Source of the DNA: Octopus vulgaris
Lineage: Eukaryota
DNA length: 64,000 nucleotides
Reading direction: 5' to 3'
Assembly: GCA_951406725.2 (NCBI GenBank)
Contig: OX597822.1
Coordinates: forward strand, 91,202,001-91,266,000
Part shown: in pieces, positions 11,300 through 22,688 of the stretch
Position numbering within the stretch: the first letter of the stretch is position 1
Layout of the letters: every line of letters starts with the position of its first letter
Made by a program: the position numbers and the translations under genes
Notes under the pieces: generated by a model
Told to the model about the DNA's origin: nothing
What the model saw: only the letters and a program-made list of their open reading frames with translations
Database searches by the model: none

Positions 11300-12900
11300 T
11301 AGGGCCAACTAAAGGGTCTGAAAAGGTTTGGGACAAAATTACAAAATTGCTTTGAACAGTCAAAGAGATAATGTCACAGATAGGCTAACTTTGAATATAT
11401 ACTTTGTGTAACAATACACTAATGTTACATTAAATGGTTTCTGTTTCTTTATTACCCACAAGGGGCTAAACATAGAGGGGACAAACAAGGACAGACAAAC
11501 GGATTAAGTCGATTACATCGACCCCAGTGCGAAACTGGTACTTTATTTATCGACCCTGAAAGGATGAAAGGCAAAGTCAACCTCGGCGGAATTTGAACTC
11601 AGAATGTAACGGCAGACGAAATACCTATTTCTTTACTACCCACAAGGAGCTAAACACAGAGAGGACAAACAAGGACAGACAAATGGATTAAGTCGATTAC
11701 ATTGACCCCTGTGCGTAACTGGTACTTAATTTATTGACCCCATAAGGATGAAAGGCAAAGTTGACCTCGGTGGAATTTGAACTCAGAACGTAGTGGCAGA
11801 CGAAATACGGCTACGCATTTCGCCCAGTGTGCTAACAGTTCTGCCAGCTCGCCACCTTTTCTTAAATGTTACATTAAACGGTCTCTTCTAACAGAACTGC
11901 TTAACCTTTGACCTGTCCTGTGCAACACATCTGATATACAGGACATATAACCTTGGCATCCATGCATCATATACAATTCACATTCTCAAATTTTTTTCAA
12001 CTGCCAGAGTAACTTGAGACTTATGAGAGGAAAGGTTTATATAACTCAGAACATTTGAAGCGAGGGCTATCTAAAAAAGCTCATGAACAAGGATGGACAT
12101 TGAGGACAAATTTATCAAAATGCTTCGGACAGGCAAAGAGTTAATGTCACAGATAGACTCACTATGAATACTTTGTATAACATAATACACTGATGTTACA
12201 TTAAACGGTCTCTTCTGATAGAAATGATTAACGCTTTACCTGTCCTATGGTTTACATCTGACACACAGGATATATATACTTGGCAGCCATGCATTATATA
12301 CAATTCACATTTTAAATTTTTTTTCAAATACCAGAATAACTTAAGACTTGTGAAAGGAAATATTTATATTACTCAATACAAACAAAACAAGGGCCAACTA
12401 AAAGGTCTGGGGATTAAGGACAAACTTATGAAAATGATTTGGACAAGCAAACAGTGAAGGATCTACTCTGGGAATACAAGTTTATTTTTTTCATATTTAA
12501 ATGCTGCAATAAGCAGGAAAAGAAAATTGATAACGGGGTATTGATTACCAGATATTTTAATTAGCTACAAAAATACCAAATATGAATCTGTTATTTCTTC
12601 CGAAATACCAGGGTAACTTAAGACTTTTGAAAGGAAATTAGGGTTAGGGAAATATTTCTATTACTCAATACAAGCAAAATAACGGCCAGCTAAAAGGTCT
12701 GGGGGGGATTTAGGACAAACTTATGAAAATGATTAGGACAAGCTTTTTCTTGTGATGGATCTACTCTGGGAATACAAGTTTATGTTTTTTATTTAAATGC
12801 TGCAATAAGAAGGAAAAGAAAATTGATAACGAGGTATTGATTAGCACCACATATTTTAATAAGCTATAAAAATACCAAACATAAATCTGTTATTTCTTCC
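11300..12900. repeat. Diverged local tandem duplications (~300-bp units) 3' of the ESD-like gene
   Basis: gttacattaaa(c/t)ggt at 11424, 11868, 12195; ggcca(a/g)ctaaa(a/g)ggtctg near 11303, 12392, 12684; 12353-12600 matches 12648-12900. Confidence 0.75.
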
Positions 12901-12938
12901 AAAAACTTCAACCGGCAGGAAAAAAAACAGTCTATATA

Positions 12939-13031
12939 TCAGTATTTGCTTACTTCATTCAGATATTTAGCATGATGCTTAATGTGGTCACCAATAAAAG
13001 ACGCGATGAAGTAGTAACTGTGGTCGTAGCC
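12939..13031 (-). CDS. ESD: Esterase D / S-formylglutathione hydrolase-like, last coding exon (catalytic His motif)
   Basis: ttttcag|[26 protein letters not shown](VSKY*), close to human ESD C-terminus [26 protein letters not shown]; possible donor gtaagc after NE (exon would end at 12954). Confidence 0.88.
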   Translation of the reverse strand, partial: GYDHSYYFIASFIGDHIKHHAKYLNEVSKY

Positions 13032-13240
13032 CTGAAAATAGAAGATGGACGTTTGAGGCAGGAACATTGTTGTCTTATATTGATGTGTTATCGAGCAATG
13101 ATGACCAACACCTCTGAAAATATGATTATTGATGTGTGACAAGCAAAGTAAAATGGATCCCCACAACACTGCCTGATCTACAGCCTGTATCTTCTCTTGG
13201 TCCTTGAAGGGTTGCTCTGGCACCTGTTCCAGGCTAAAAC

Positions 13241-14640
13241 CGACCTCACCTGTGCTTGTGCCATATAAAAAGCATCCAGTCCACACTGTGAAGTGGTTGG
13301 CATTTGGAAGGGCATCCAGCTGTAAAAACTCTGCCAAAACTGACCTCACCTGTGCTGGCACCATGTAAAAAGCACTCTGTCCAATCCGCAGGGTGGTTGG
13401 TGTTGGGAAGGGCATCCAGCTGTAAAAACCTTGCCAAAACTGACCTCACCTGTGCTTGTGCCACATAAAAAGCACTAAATCCACTCTGCTGAGTGGTCAG
13501 TGTTCGGAAGGGCATCCAGCTGTAAAAACCTTACCAAAACTGACCTCACCTGTGCTTGTGCCACATAAAAAGCACTAAATCCACTCTGCTGAGTGGTCAG
13601 TGTTCGGAAGGGCATCCAGCTGTAAAAACCTTACCAAAACTGACCTCACCTGTGCTTGTGCCACATAAAAAGCACTAAATCCACTCTGCTGAGTGGTCAG
13701 TGTTCGGAAGGGCATCCAGCTGTAAAAACCTTGCCAAAACTTACCTCACCTGTGCTTGTGCCACGTAAAAAGCATCCAGTCCACACTGTGAAGTGGTTGG
13801 CGTTCGGAAGGGCATCCAGCTGTAAAAACCTTACCAAAACTGACCTCACCTGTGCTTGTGCCACATAAAAAGCACTAAATCCACTCTGCTGAGTGGTCAG
13901 TGTTCGGAAGGGCATCCAGCTGTAAAAACCTTACCAAAACTGACCTCACCTGTGCTTGTGCCACATAAAAAGCACTAAATCCACTCTGCTGAGTGGTCAG
14001 TGTTCGGAAGGGCATCCAGCTGTAAAAACCTTACCAAAACTGACCTCACCTGTGCTTGTGCCACATAAAAAGCACTAAATCCACTCTGCTGAGTGGTCAG
14101 TGTTCGGAAGGGCATCCAGCTGTAAAAACCTTACCAAAACTGACCTCACCTGTGCTTGTGCCACGTAAAAAGCATCCAGTCCACACTGTGAAGTGGTTGG
14201 CATTTGGAAGGGCATCCAGCTGTAAAAACCTTACCAAAACTGACCTCACCTGTGCTTGTGCCACATAAAAAGCACTAAATCCACTCTGCTGAGTGGTCAG
14301 TGTTCGGAAAGGGCATCCAGCTGTAAAAACCTTGCCAAAACTGACCTCACCTGTGCTTGTGCCATGTAAAAAGCATCCAGTCCACACTGTGAAGTGGTTG
14401 GCATTTGGAAGGGCATCCAGTTGTAAAAACCTTGCCAAAACTGACCTCACCTGTGCTTGTGCCACGTAAAAAGCATCCAGTCCACACTGTGAAGTGGTTG
14501 GCATTTGGAAGGGCATCCAGCTGTAAAAACCTTGCCAAAACTGACCTCACCTGTGCTTGTGCCATGTAAAAAGCATCCAGTTCACTCCGTGGGGTGGTCG
14601 GTGTTACGAAGGAGGCATGCAGCTGTAAAAACCAGGCCAA
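13241..14640 (+). repeat. Tandem array of 14 x 100-bp units derived from the RTE 3'UTR, inside an ESD-like intron
   Basis: Units begin at 13241, 13341 ... 14241, 14342, 14442, 14542 and run into the normal tail (14640-14745). Confidence 0.95.
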
Positions 14641-14760
14641 AACAGACACAGAAGCCTGGTGTGGTCTTTTGCCTGACTAGCAGCTCTGGTCAAACCATCC
14701 AACCCATGCCAACAGATGCTAAATGATGATGGTGGTGATGATGATATTCCAAGTCCTTAC

Positions 14761-14859
14761 CTCATGTTTTCGGATTGTGGCTGCAACATTTTTCTCCCAA
14801 ACAACCTTCTCCAAATTGTCTGTTAATGACTCAATGTTTTGAAAGATATCAGCCAAACC
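14761..14859 (-). CDS. ESD: ESD-like internal exon
   Basis: ttttag|GLADIFQNIESLTDNLEKVVWEKNVAATIRKHE|gtaagg, 99 nt, phase 0-0; joined to the previous exon it gives DQGLAD (catalytic Asp region). Confidence 0.82.
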
Positions 14860-15404
14860 CTAAAATACAAAATTAAAATCCCAATTAATCCCACCTAATC
14901 TAGTTTCAATCCTAATATTACAACAGTACAATTTTTTCTAGCCTCAACTCTACAATACTAAATCAACCTTTTAGCAGTCACATAATCAATCAAACCTGAC
15001 AAATGAAGTGAGTTCATGGCTCGCAGGATGGCCTGCTGTGCTAACCTTGGATTGTAGAGTGACCCGCTGTTCATGAAGAGACCTTCTGAGTCAAGTACGT
15101 CAACATCAAAATAAAAATCAAATGGAAATTGTAGTTATGATACCCATGCCGGTGGCACGTAAAAAGCACCAACCAATCATGGGCGTTTGCCAGCCTCCTC
15201 TGGCCCCTGTGCCGGTGGCACATGAAAAGCAACCACTACACTCACAGAGTGGTTGGCGTTTGGAAGGGCATCCAGCTGTAGAAACACTGCCAGATCAGAC
15301 TGGAGCCTGGCGCAGACTCCTGGCTTCCCAGACCCCGGTCGAACCGTCCAATCCATGGTAGCATGGAAAACGGACGTTAGACGATGATGATGATGTAATT
15401 GGGG

Positions 15405-16115
15405 GAGGGCGCAGCCGATTAAATTGACCTCAGTACGAAACTGGTACTTAATTTATAAACCCCGAAAAGATGAAAGGCAAAGTCAACCTCAGAGGAATTT
15501 GAACTCAGAACGTAAAGACGGATGAAATACCTATTTCTTTATTACCCACAAGGGGACAAACAAGGACAGACATAGGTATTAAGTCGATTACATCGACCCC
15601 AGTGTGTAACTGGTACTTAATTTATTGACCCCGAAAGGATGAAAGGCAAAGTCGACCTTGGTGGAATTTGAACTCAGAACGTAACAGCAGACGAAATACC
15701 TATTTCTTTACTACCCACAAGGAGCTAAACACAGAGGGGACCATCAAGGACAGACATAGGTATTAAGTCGATTACATCGACCCCAGTGTGTAACTGGTAC
15801 TTAATTTATCGACCCCGAAAGGATGAAAGGCAAAGTCGACCTTGGTGGAATTTGAACTCAGAACGTAACGGCAGACGAAATACCTATTTCTTTACTATCC
15901 ACAAGGGGCTAAACACACAAAGTACAAACAAGGACAGACATAGGTATTAAGTCGATTACATCGACCCGAGTGCGTAACTGCTACTTAATTTATCAACCCC
16001 GAAAGGATGAAAGGCAGAGTCGACCTTGGCGGAATTTGAACTCAACATTACGGCAGACAAAATACCGCAAAGCATTTCGCCCGGTGTGCTAATCTTTCTG
16101 CCCGCTCATCGCCTT
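15405..16115 (-). mobile_element. tRNA-derived SINE, family 2, four-unit head-to-tail multimer
   Basis: Minus-strand body gagttcaaattcc..aggtcgactttgcctttcatcctttcggggtcgataaattaagtaccag repeated 4 times; dimer at 11443-11856; monomers near 9640-9860, 20097-20326, 39633-39847, 45955-46171 (all -) and 62055-62245(+). Confidence 0.88.
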
Positions 16116-16469
16116 AAAATGTAAAACTTATTGAATTACTCTTGTATTATCTTGCAGCTTCAAGATTCTGATGATGATGTGGGTGTTTATTTTTAGAATG
16201 ACATTGTAGGGTAGGTATGACAGGCCAGATCTGGTCACTTTGAACAAAAAAACAGGGACAGTATTCAGGCTGGGTTTGACCAGTTTAAATGTTAAAGGAT
16301 TAAATACCAATTAATCCTATTTAATCTGTTTTCAATGCAAAATTACAATGTATAATTATTTCTGGTTAGCTTTTTTTCATATAGTCAAATCTCTCTTAAC
16401 TCACAACCTACTATCTTTTAAAAAAAAGAATGGGTACATGAGCAGGGCTTATAAAATAAAGTTAGAATT

Positions 16470-16647
16470 TACCAAAAATCAAAAGACAAAGACAGGTGTG
16501 TAAACAACAAACAGGTGTATTAGTTTAACACTCGGGAAGGTGAGAAAGTCTTTTACATTTCGAACCAATGCTCTTCAGCAGAAAGGAACACGAGAAAATA
16601 AAGAGAGAGAATAAAAAAAGCTTTAGTGGCTAGCAGTTGATCATGGT
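16470..16647 (-). mobile_element. Second copy of the pLTR-like repeat, hammerhead at 16585-16550
   Basis: CUUU CUGcUGA A GAGC AUUG GUUC GAAA UG UA AAAG; flanks align with 2122-2320. Confidence 0.62.
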
Positions 16648-17314
16648 AATGGCCAGACTGCAAATCAAGTTTTAGGGTTGATTTAATTAACTAATACAGA
16701 TATAGTACCAACTTTCTAGACTGTGATGGTCCAGAACCTCTTAAAATTCACACTAATTTACAAGCAACCCCAAGTTCAGAACAGTATCAATAAACTTGTA
16801 TCATTTATTTTACTGATAATATTAAAATGGTGTTTGAAACATAAATTCACATGAAATTTTGAGAGAAGATATTTATATCAAATTAAAACAAGAAGTTTGT
16901 ATCACAGAACTAGGAGTGGTGGTCTCAGAACGTAACAGCAGACGAAATACCTATTTCTTGACTACCCACAAGTATGAAAAGAGTAAGGAGTAACAACTCA
17001 TATTTAGTGAGATTCAAATGGAGTAAAACGGGAGTACAAGACCACGAATGTGTATGTATACGAGTGTATATGAATATATGTACATGTAAGTGTATGTATA
17101 TATTTATATAGTTGTGTTTGTGTATACGTGAATGTATGTTGATGCGAGTGTGTGAGTGTGTATATGTGTATATTTGAGTATGTGAATGCATATGTGTGTA
17201 TGAGATTGCGAGAGTAGGTGGCAGTGCATGTGACAATGTGCCCAGGTGTGTCTGTGTGTCTTATTAAAATACCTGTTTTGCAAAGTGGGTCAGAAAGTGA
17301 TTAACTACAGTTAC

Positions 17315-17380
17315 CTGGTCAATGAGGATGTCAGCAAATGGACTTCCGTTCTTCCTCATAAAACTACAGGTATCATATTC
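17315..17380 (-). CDS. ESD: ESD-like internal exon
   Basis: ttaccaag|EYDTCSFMRKNGSPFADILIDQ|gtaact, 66 nt, phase 0-0; compare human [22 protein letters not shown]. Confidence 0.82.
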
Positions 17381-17518
17381 CTTGGTAAATGAAAAAAACA
17401 TATTTTACAAACAGACTTCAAAACGATCAGTTCTTCAAATATTTCGTGATTAAACCTGGTTGTTTGCTCTCCTCAAGTTATGTACACATCTGTGGATTGT
17501 GTGTGTGTGTGTCAATGT

Positions 17519-18081
17519 TCTCAGCAAGAATCAATGACATCATCGTTTGCAGCTCAGCAACAATCAGTGATGTCATGATTTGCAGTTCAGCAACAATCAG
17601 TGATGTCATCATCTGCAGTTCAGCAAGAATCAATGACATCATCATTTGCAGTTCAGCAACAATCAGTGATGTCATCATTTGCAGCTCAACAACAATCAGT
17701 GACATCATCATTTGCAGCTCAACAACAATCAGTGACATCCTCGTTTGCAGCTCAGCAACAATCAGTGATGTCATCATCATTTGCAGTTCAGCAACAATCA
17801 GTGATGTCATCATTTGTAGTTCAGCAACAATCAGTGACATCATCATTTGCAGTTCAGCAACAACCAGTGACATCATCATTTGCAGTTCAGCAACAACCAG
17901 TGACGTCATCATCTGCAGTTCAGCAACAATCAATGATGTCATCATTTGTAGTTCAGCAACAATCAGTGACGTCATCATCTGTAGTTCAGCAACAATCAGT
18001 GACATCATCATCTGCAGTTCAGCAACAACCAGTGATGTCATCATCATTTGCAGTTCAGCAACAATCAGTGATGTCATCATT
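17519..18081. repeat. 33-bp minisatellite, about 17 units (some 36 bp)
   Basis: Unit tgcagttcagcaacaatcagtgatgtcatcatt. Confidence 0.95.
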
Positions 18082-19541
18082 CCATTTAGGCAACAATCAT
18101 TTGATATTTCCTCTCGGTTGATAACCCTGTGCTTCCATATTTCCACTGGAATAAGAAACAAAAATCCCTTGCACAAAAAAACAGGTATGGATTAGTGACA
18201 GCAGATGCACCTGGCCATAGAAATATGACCTCAACTTTCTTGAATCTCAGCTGCACTAATGTGGAAGAACAAATGCTTAACAAAATGAATTAACAAATGA
18301 ACAATATAGGTGCAGGAGTGGCTGTGTGGTAAGTAGCTTGTTTACCAACCACATGGTTCTGGGTTCAGTCCCACTGCGTGGTATCTTGGGCAAGTGTCTT
18401 CTGCTATAGCCTCGGGCCGACCAAAGCCTTGTGAGTGGATTTGGTAGATGGAAACTGAAAGAAGCCCGTTGTATATATGTATGTGAGTGTATGTTTGTGT
18501 GTCTGTGTTTGTCCCCCTAGCATTGCTTGACAACCGATGCTGGTGTGTTTATGTCCCTGTCACTTAGCGGTTCGGCAAAAGAGACCGATAGAATAAGTAC
18601 TGGGCTTACAAAGAATAAGTCCAGGGGTCGAGTTGCTTGATTAAAGGCGGTGCTCCAGCATGGCTGCAGTCAAAATGCCTGAAACAAGTAAAAAAAGAGA
18701 AAGAAAATATACACTCCAACGGATGCAAGCATTGAGATGGATGTAAAACTATGGGGTCTCGAGTTCAGTCCCAGTGTGTGGTATCTCCGCCTGTAGTCCA
18801 AGACCAATAAAAGTCAGGTGAGTCGTGGTTTTGGTAGACAGTAACTTACCAGGTGTGTGTGTGTGAGGACTACACACACACGCACACACGTACATAATGT
18901 ATGTACTTTGCTTGATGGCCAGTCAGCTGCAATGAGATGCAGTGAAGATGACTCTTTCAAAGCACCAGGTGTTAAAACACCTGGAAGTCATAATCATAGA
19001 CAGGTGAGACAACTTACTCCAAGTCCCTTTCAGGAGGGATGGGCACTGATGCTTCACCCTTTTTATGACCAGCAGATGAGTTTTCAACCATTTTGCATAT
19101 AGTCATGGGAAAAAAATTTTTATTTGCTTTCGGTTCAGTTCAGGTGTGCAATGTTGATAAGCCACAGAAATGGTGAAACATCAGTGTCTATCGCACCTGA
19201 GACAATTATCTCACCTGTCTATAACTATGGCTTTCAGAGTTTGAGAAAGCTATCGTCACTCCATCAACTCACAGCCAACCAGAGAACTAGCAAAGTACAT
19301 GCATTCTGTATGTGTATTCAATAATGTTTACAAGGCACAGGAATGGCTGTGTGGTAAGTGGCTTGCTTACCAACCACATGGTTCTGGGTTCAGTCCCACT
19401 GCGTGGCACCTTGGGCAAGTGTCTTCAACTATAGCCTCGGGCTGACCAAAACCTTGTGAGTAGATTTGGTAGACGGAAACTAAAAGAAGCCTGTTGTGTA
19501 TATGTATGTATATATTTATATATATATGATGATGATGATGA

Positions 19542-19575
<34 letters not shown>

Positions 19576-19788
19576 TCATCATCATCATCGTTTAACGTCC
19601 GCTTTCCATGTTAGCATGGGTTGGACGGTTCAACTGGGGTCTGGGAAGCCCGAAGGCTGCACCAGGCCAGTCAGATCTGGCAGTGTTTCTACAGATGGAT
19701 GCCCTTGGAGGCGGGAAGGGGGGGGGGGAGAAGGAAATGAGAGCTCGGATAGTAGAGGACACTGTATTTAAGAATTTGTTTCGCTCAC

Positions 19789-19791
19789 CAT
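19789..19791 (-). other. Candidate first-exon end (ATG|gtgag) for the ESD-like transcript
   Basis: Minus strand reads cacgtatc ATG|gtgagcg; phase 0 would join in frame to the 17380 exon; lies divergent from GRHPR. Confidence 0.35.
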
Positions 19792-20430
19792 GATACGTGA
19801 GATTTTTTTGGCGATCTTTCGTTTCAACTCGAAATAATGTAAACATTGAATCGATCGTTTCCGTGACCACATGTTGTCTTGTAAATTGTCAGTTGGTAAG
19901 AGAAAGCAAATGGGTTGTGCGTGCGTGCTTGTTCCTCTGCGTGTGTGCGCGCGCGCGCTTTTTCTTGTTTGTGTGTGTGTGCATGTTTGTTGTTATTTCT
20001 ACATTCCACAACATATAAATACAAAAAAAAAACAAACAAAAAAAACAGAATAGACACACACATACACAGAACAAGCACGCACACAAACAAGAATATATTT
20101 ATTTACTAACCACAAGGGGCTAAACACAGAGGGGGCAAACAAGGACAGACAAAGGGATCAAGTCGATTACATCGACCCCAGTGTGTAGCTGGTACTTAAT
20201 TTATCGACACCGAAAGGATGAAAGGCAAAGTCGACCTCGGCGGAATTTGAACTCGGAACGTAACGACAGACGAAATACGGCTACGCATTTCGCCCGGCGT
20301 GCTAACGTTTCTGCCAGTTCGCCGCCAAACACGCACGCACGCACAACCCATTAGCTTTTTCTTCCCAGCTGACAATTTACAAGACAACATGTGGTCACGG
20401 AAATCACCGATTCAATATTTATAGATCGCC

Positions 20431-20464
<34 letters not shown>

Positions 20465-20600
20465 GTGACCGGGAGTTAAAAATAAACATTAACCGAAAAT
20501 TTCCTTCAATTCAATTTACTCTCAATGTATTTTCGTAATATCCTGTCGTAGCAAACACGTCAAACAGAGCAACTGATGAACAATTTACGAAGGTTAAACA

Positions 20601-20931
20601 ATGCTCCGCCGTTATCAGTTGTTCTTTCAACAGACTGTCATTGCGCTGCGATCAGTGAGGCTGTCACAATCAGCAAACCGTATTTGCGACTGTCCTCAGC
20701 GACTATACAGTAGCACGATTGCAATGTCAGCTAAAGGTAGCAAAGTGTACATCACCAGTCTTGTGCCCCAGAGTGGCGTTACTCTATTGAAAGAGGCCGG
20801 CTGCGTGATATCGCAGTGGCCACAGGAAGATAGTGTTCCTCGAGAACAGTTTCTTAAAGACGTTGTTGGTGCCGATGCTTTGTATTGTAGCTTATGTCAA
20901 AAGATCGACAAAGAACTTCTCCAGGCTGCTG
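20601..20931 (+). CDS. GRHPR: Glyoxylate reductase/hydroxypyruvate reductase exon 1 (second in-frame ATG at 20724)
   Basis: MSAKGSKVYITSLVPQSGVTLLKEAGC..QW....VPREQFLKDVVGADALYC....KIDKELLQAAG; donor G|gtaaag. Confidence 0.92.
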
Positions 20932-21013
20932 GTAAAGTACTTGTTTAATTATTTTCTTATTCATAAGTCAAGTGGAAATTAAAACGCTATCTATCAAAAG
21001 GAGGTTATTTTAT

Positions 21014-21469
21014 GGATCTTTTCGGTTTGAACGGCAGTTTTTTCCTAGCGGTGTCATATGAAATTGTCACCCATAATTATGACCCTAGTATCGATCTATT
21101 GCATTTCAATCTGTTTTAGGGTTAGGGTTAGGGGAAGGGTATCTTTTTCTTCACAAATGTAAATAAACCCAATCGGCAATCTTTCTACTAGAGACGAAAG
21201 ATTGCCACCAGATTGCCACCCAATCTGTTTCTTAAACGAGGGACATATTCATACGGCACAGAATGTTTTTTTTTACTTCAATAGACGTCATTGATTGGTT
21301 GAAATTGAAGAAAAAAAACCAACAAATATCTTACAAACTATAGAATTTTCTCAATAGAGCCAAGAGAAAAAGATGTTTTATAAACACATTCTACCAGTAT
21401 ACGAAGTTGAAAATTTTTTTAGTTACCTAGAAATTATGTTAAAAACTGCCGTTCAAACCGAAAAGATCC
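21014..21469. mobile_element. MITE with 29-bp perfect TIRs, 8-bp TSD and internal (TTAGGG)3
   Basis: GGATCTTTTCGGTTTGAACGGCAGTTTTT and its reverse complement; TSD TATTTTAT on both sides. Confidence 0.9.
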
Positions 21470-21575
21470 TATTTTATTTACAATTTTAAAATTTTTGATA
21501 TTTGCTTTATAGTAACAACAATACAACCTCATACAATCTGTTCAACAAAGCTAACAAACATTTATGGCAAATATC

Positions 21576-21673
21576 GGCGGAGGTAAAGAATACGTACACC
21601 ACCCGTTTTCGGCATAACTAAAGCGAAAGCTTCCACCCCTAAACACCGGGTGTACGTATTCTTTACTTTCGCC
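21576..21673. mobile_element. 98-bp MITE with 8-bp TSD
   Basis: GGCGGAGGTAAAGAATACGTACACC ... GGTGTACGTATTCTTTACTTTCGCC; TSD CAAATATC. Confidence 0.85.
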
Positions 21674-22083
21674 CAAATATCAATGTGTAATTCGGTCTTG
21701 TAGTTTAATTATTTCATATTTTGGAAAGAGTAACAAAGACATATGTTAAAGATAGTACATAACTACAACAATGAATGAGTATGATATCTCCCTCAAAAAA
21801 ACCTGACAACTAGGCGGAATTATGTTTGGAGATAGTTTGTAGGAGAAAAGGGAAAGACTTTGCAGAGTTTATACTTTTTGCAAAGCATTATATAACCTTA
21901 TTTATGTTTGATATTTTTACTGATCTCAGTCACTGCGCAATTTTAATCAGCCTGTATCAATTTCAGTCTGGTACTTATCTTTCACTTAATATATCTTCAG
22001 AGTAAAGGATCACTTTTATTTTATAGAGCTTCGAATCGTCGAATTAAATCTTATGAATCAACACCGGTTTGTATTTTTTTTAA

Positions 22084-22688
22084 GGTCAAACTCCAGTATT
22101 TGACCCAAGCTAAAAAAAAAAAAAAAAAAAAAAGAGTGCTACAGGTGTAAAACAACATATAGTAAACGAATACGATAAAAATGCGGGCGGGGAAGAGGAC
22201 TTGGAAAATTCACATCGGGAATGTTTCGTGTCCTTCCACCACTTCCCCGTTCGTCGGCGAATTTTTTTTCTTCTTTATATTCGTTTACTACACATTATTT
22301 TACACCTAGTACACCGGCACGTATTTTTTTTTCATCTTCTTTACACCTGTTACAGTATTTTTTTCTTTTTTCATTTTTGTGATCGGTTGTCGAAGTGGGG
22401 TTACTGGATCGTGTGAATTATCCGAGTTTGCACCCCACAAAATTTTTTTTAAAATAGTGTACTAGGTGTAAAATAATGTGTAGTGAAACGAATATGAAGA
22501 AAAGAATTTCGCCGACGACGAACACGGAAGTGGTGAGATGACTAGGAACATTCCAGATGTGAAGTTTCCGAGTCCTCTCCCCCGTTCGCCAGGGCAAATT
22601 GTTTTTCATATACGTTTACTACATGTTGTTTTACACCTATTGCATCGTTTTTTTTTCTTTTGCTCGGGTCAAACACTGGGGTTTGACC
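22084..22688. mobile_element. Palindromic element with ~230-bp arms flanked by TTAA (Kolobok- or piggyBac-type target)
   Basis: TTAA|GGTCAAACTCCAGTATTTGACCC ... GGGTCAAACACTGGGGTTTGACC|TTAA; arms align along their length. Confidence 0.82.

Noticed and set aside
13241-14640. Constant-repeat/variable-centre array resembling CRISPR
   Set aside because: The variable parts are a few related variants reused many times, the unit derives from a LINE 3'UTR, the context is eukaryotic and there are no cas genes.
21116-21133. (TTAGGG)3 as an interstitial telomere or fusion scar
   Set aside because: Lies inside a TIR/TSD-bounded MITE, so it is part of the element.
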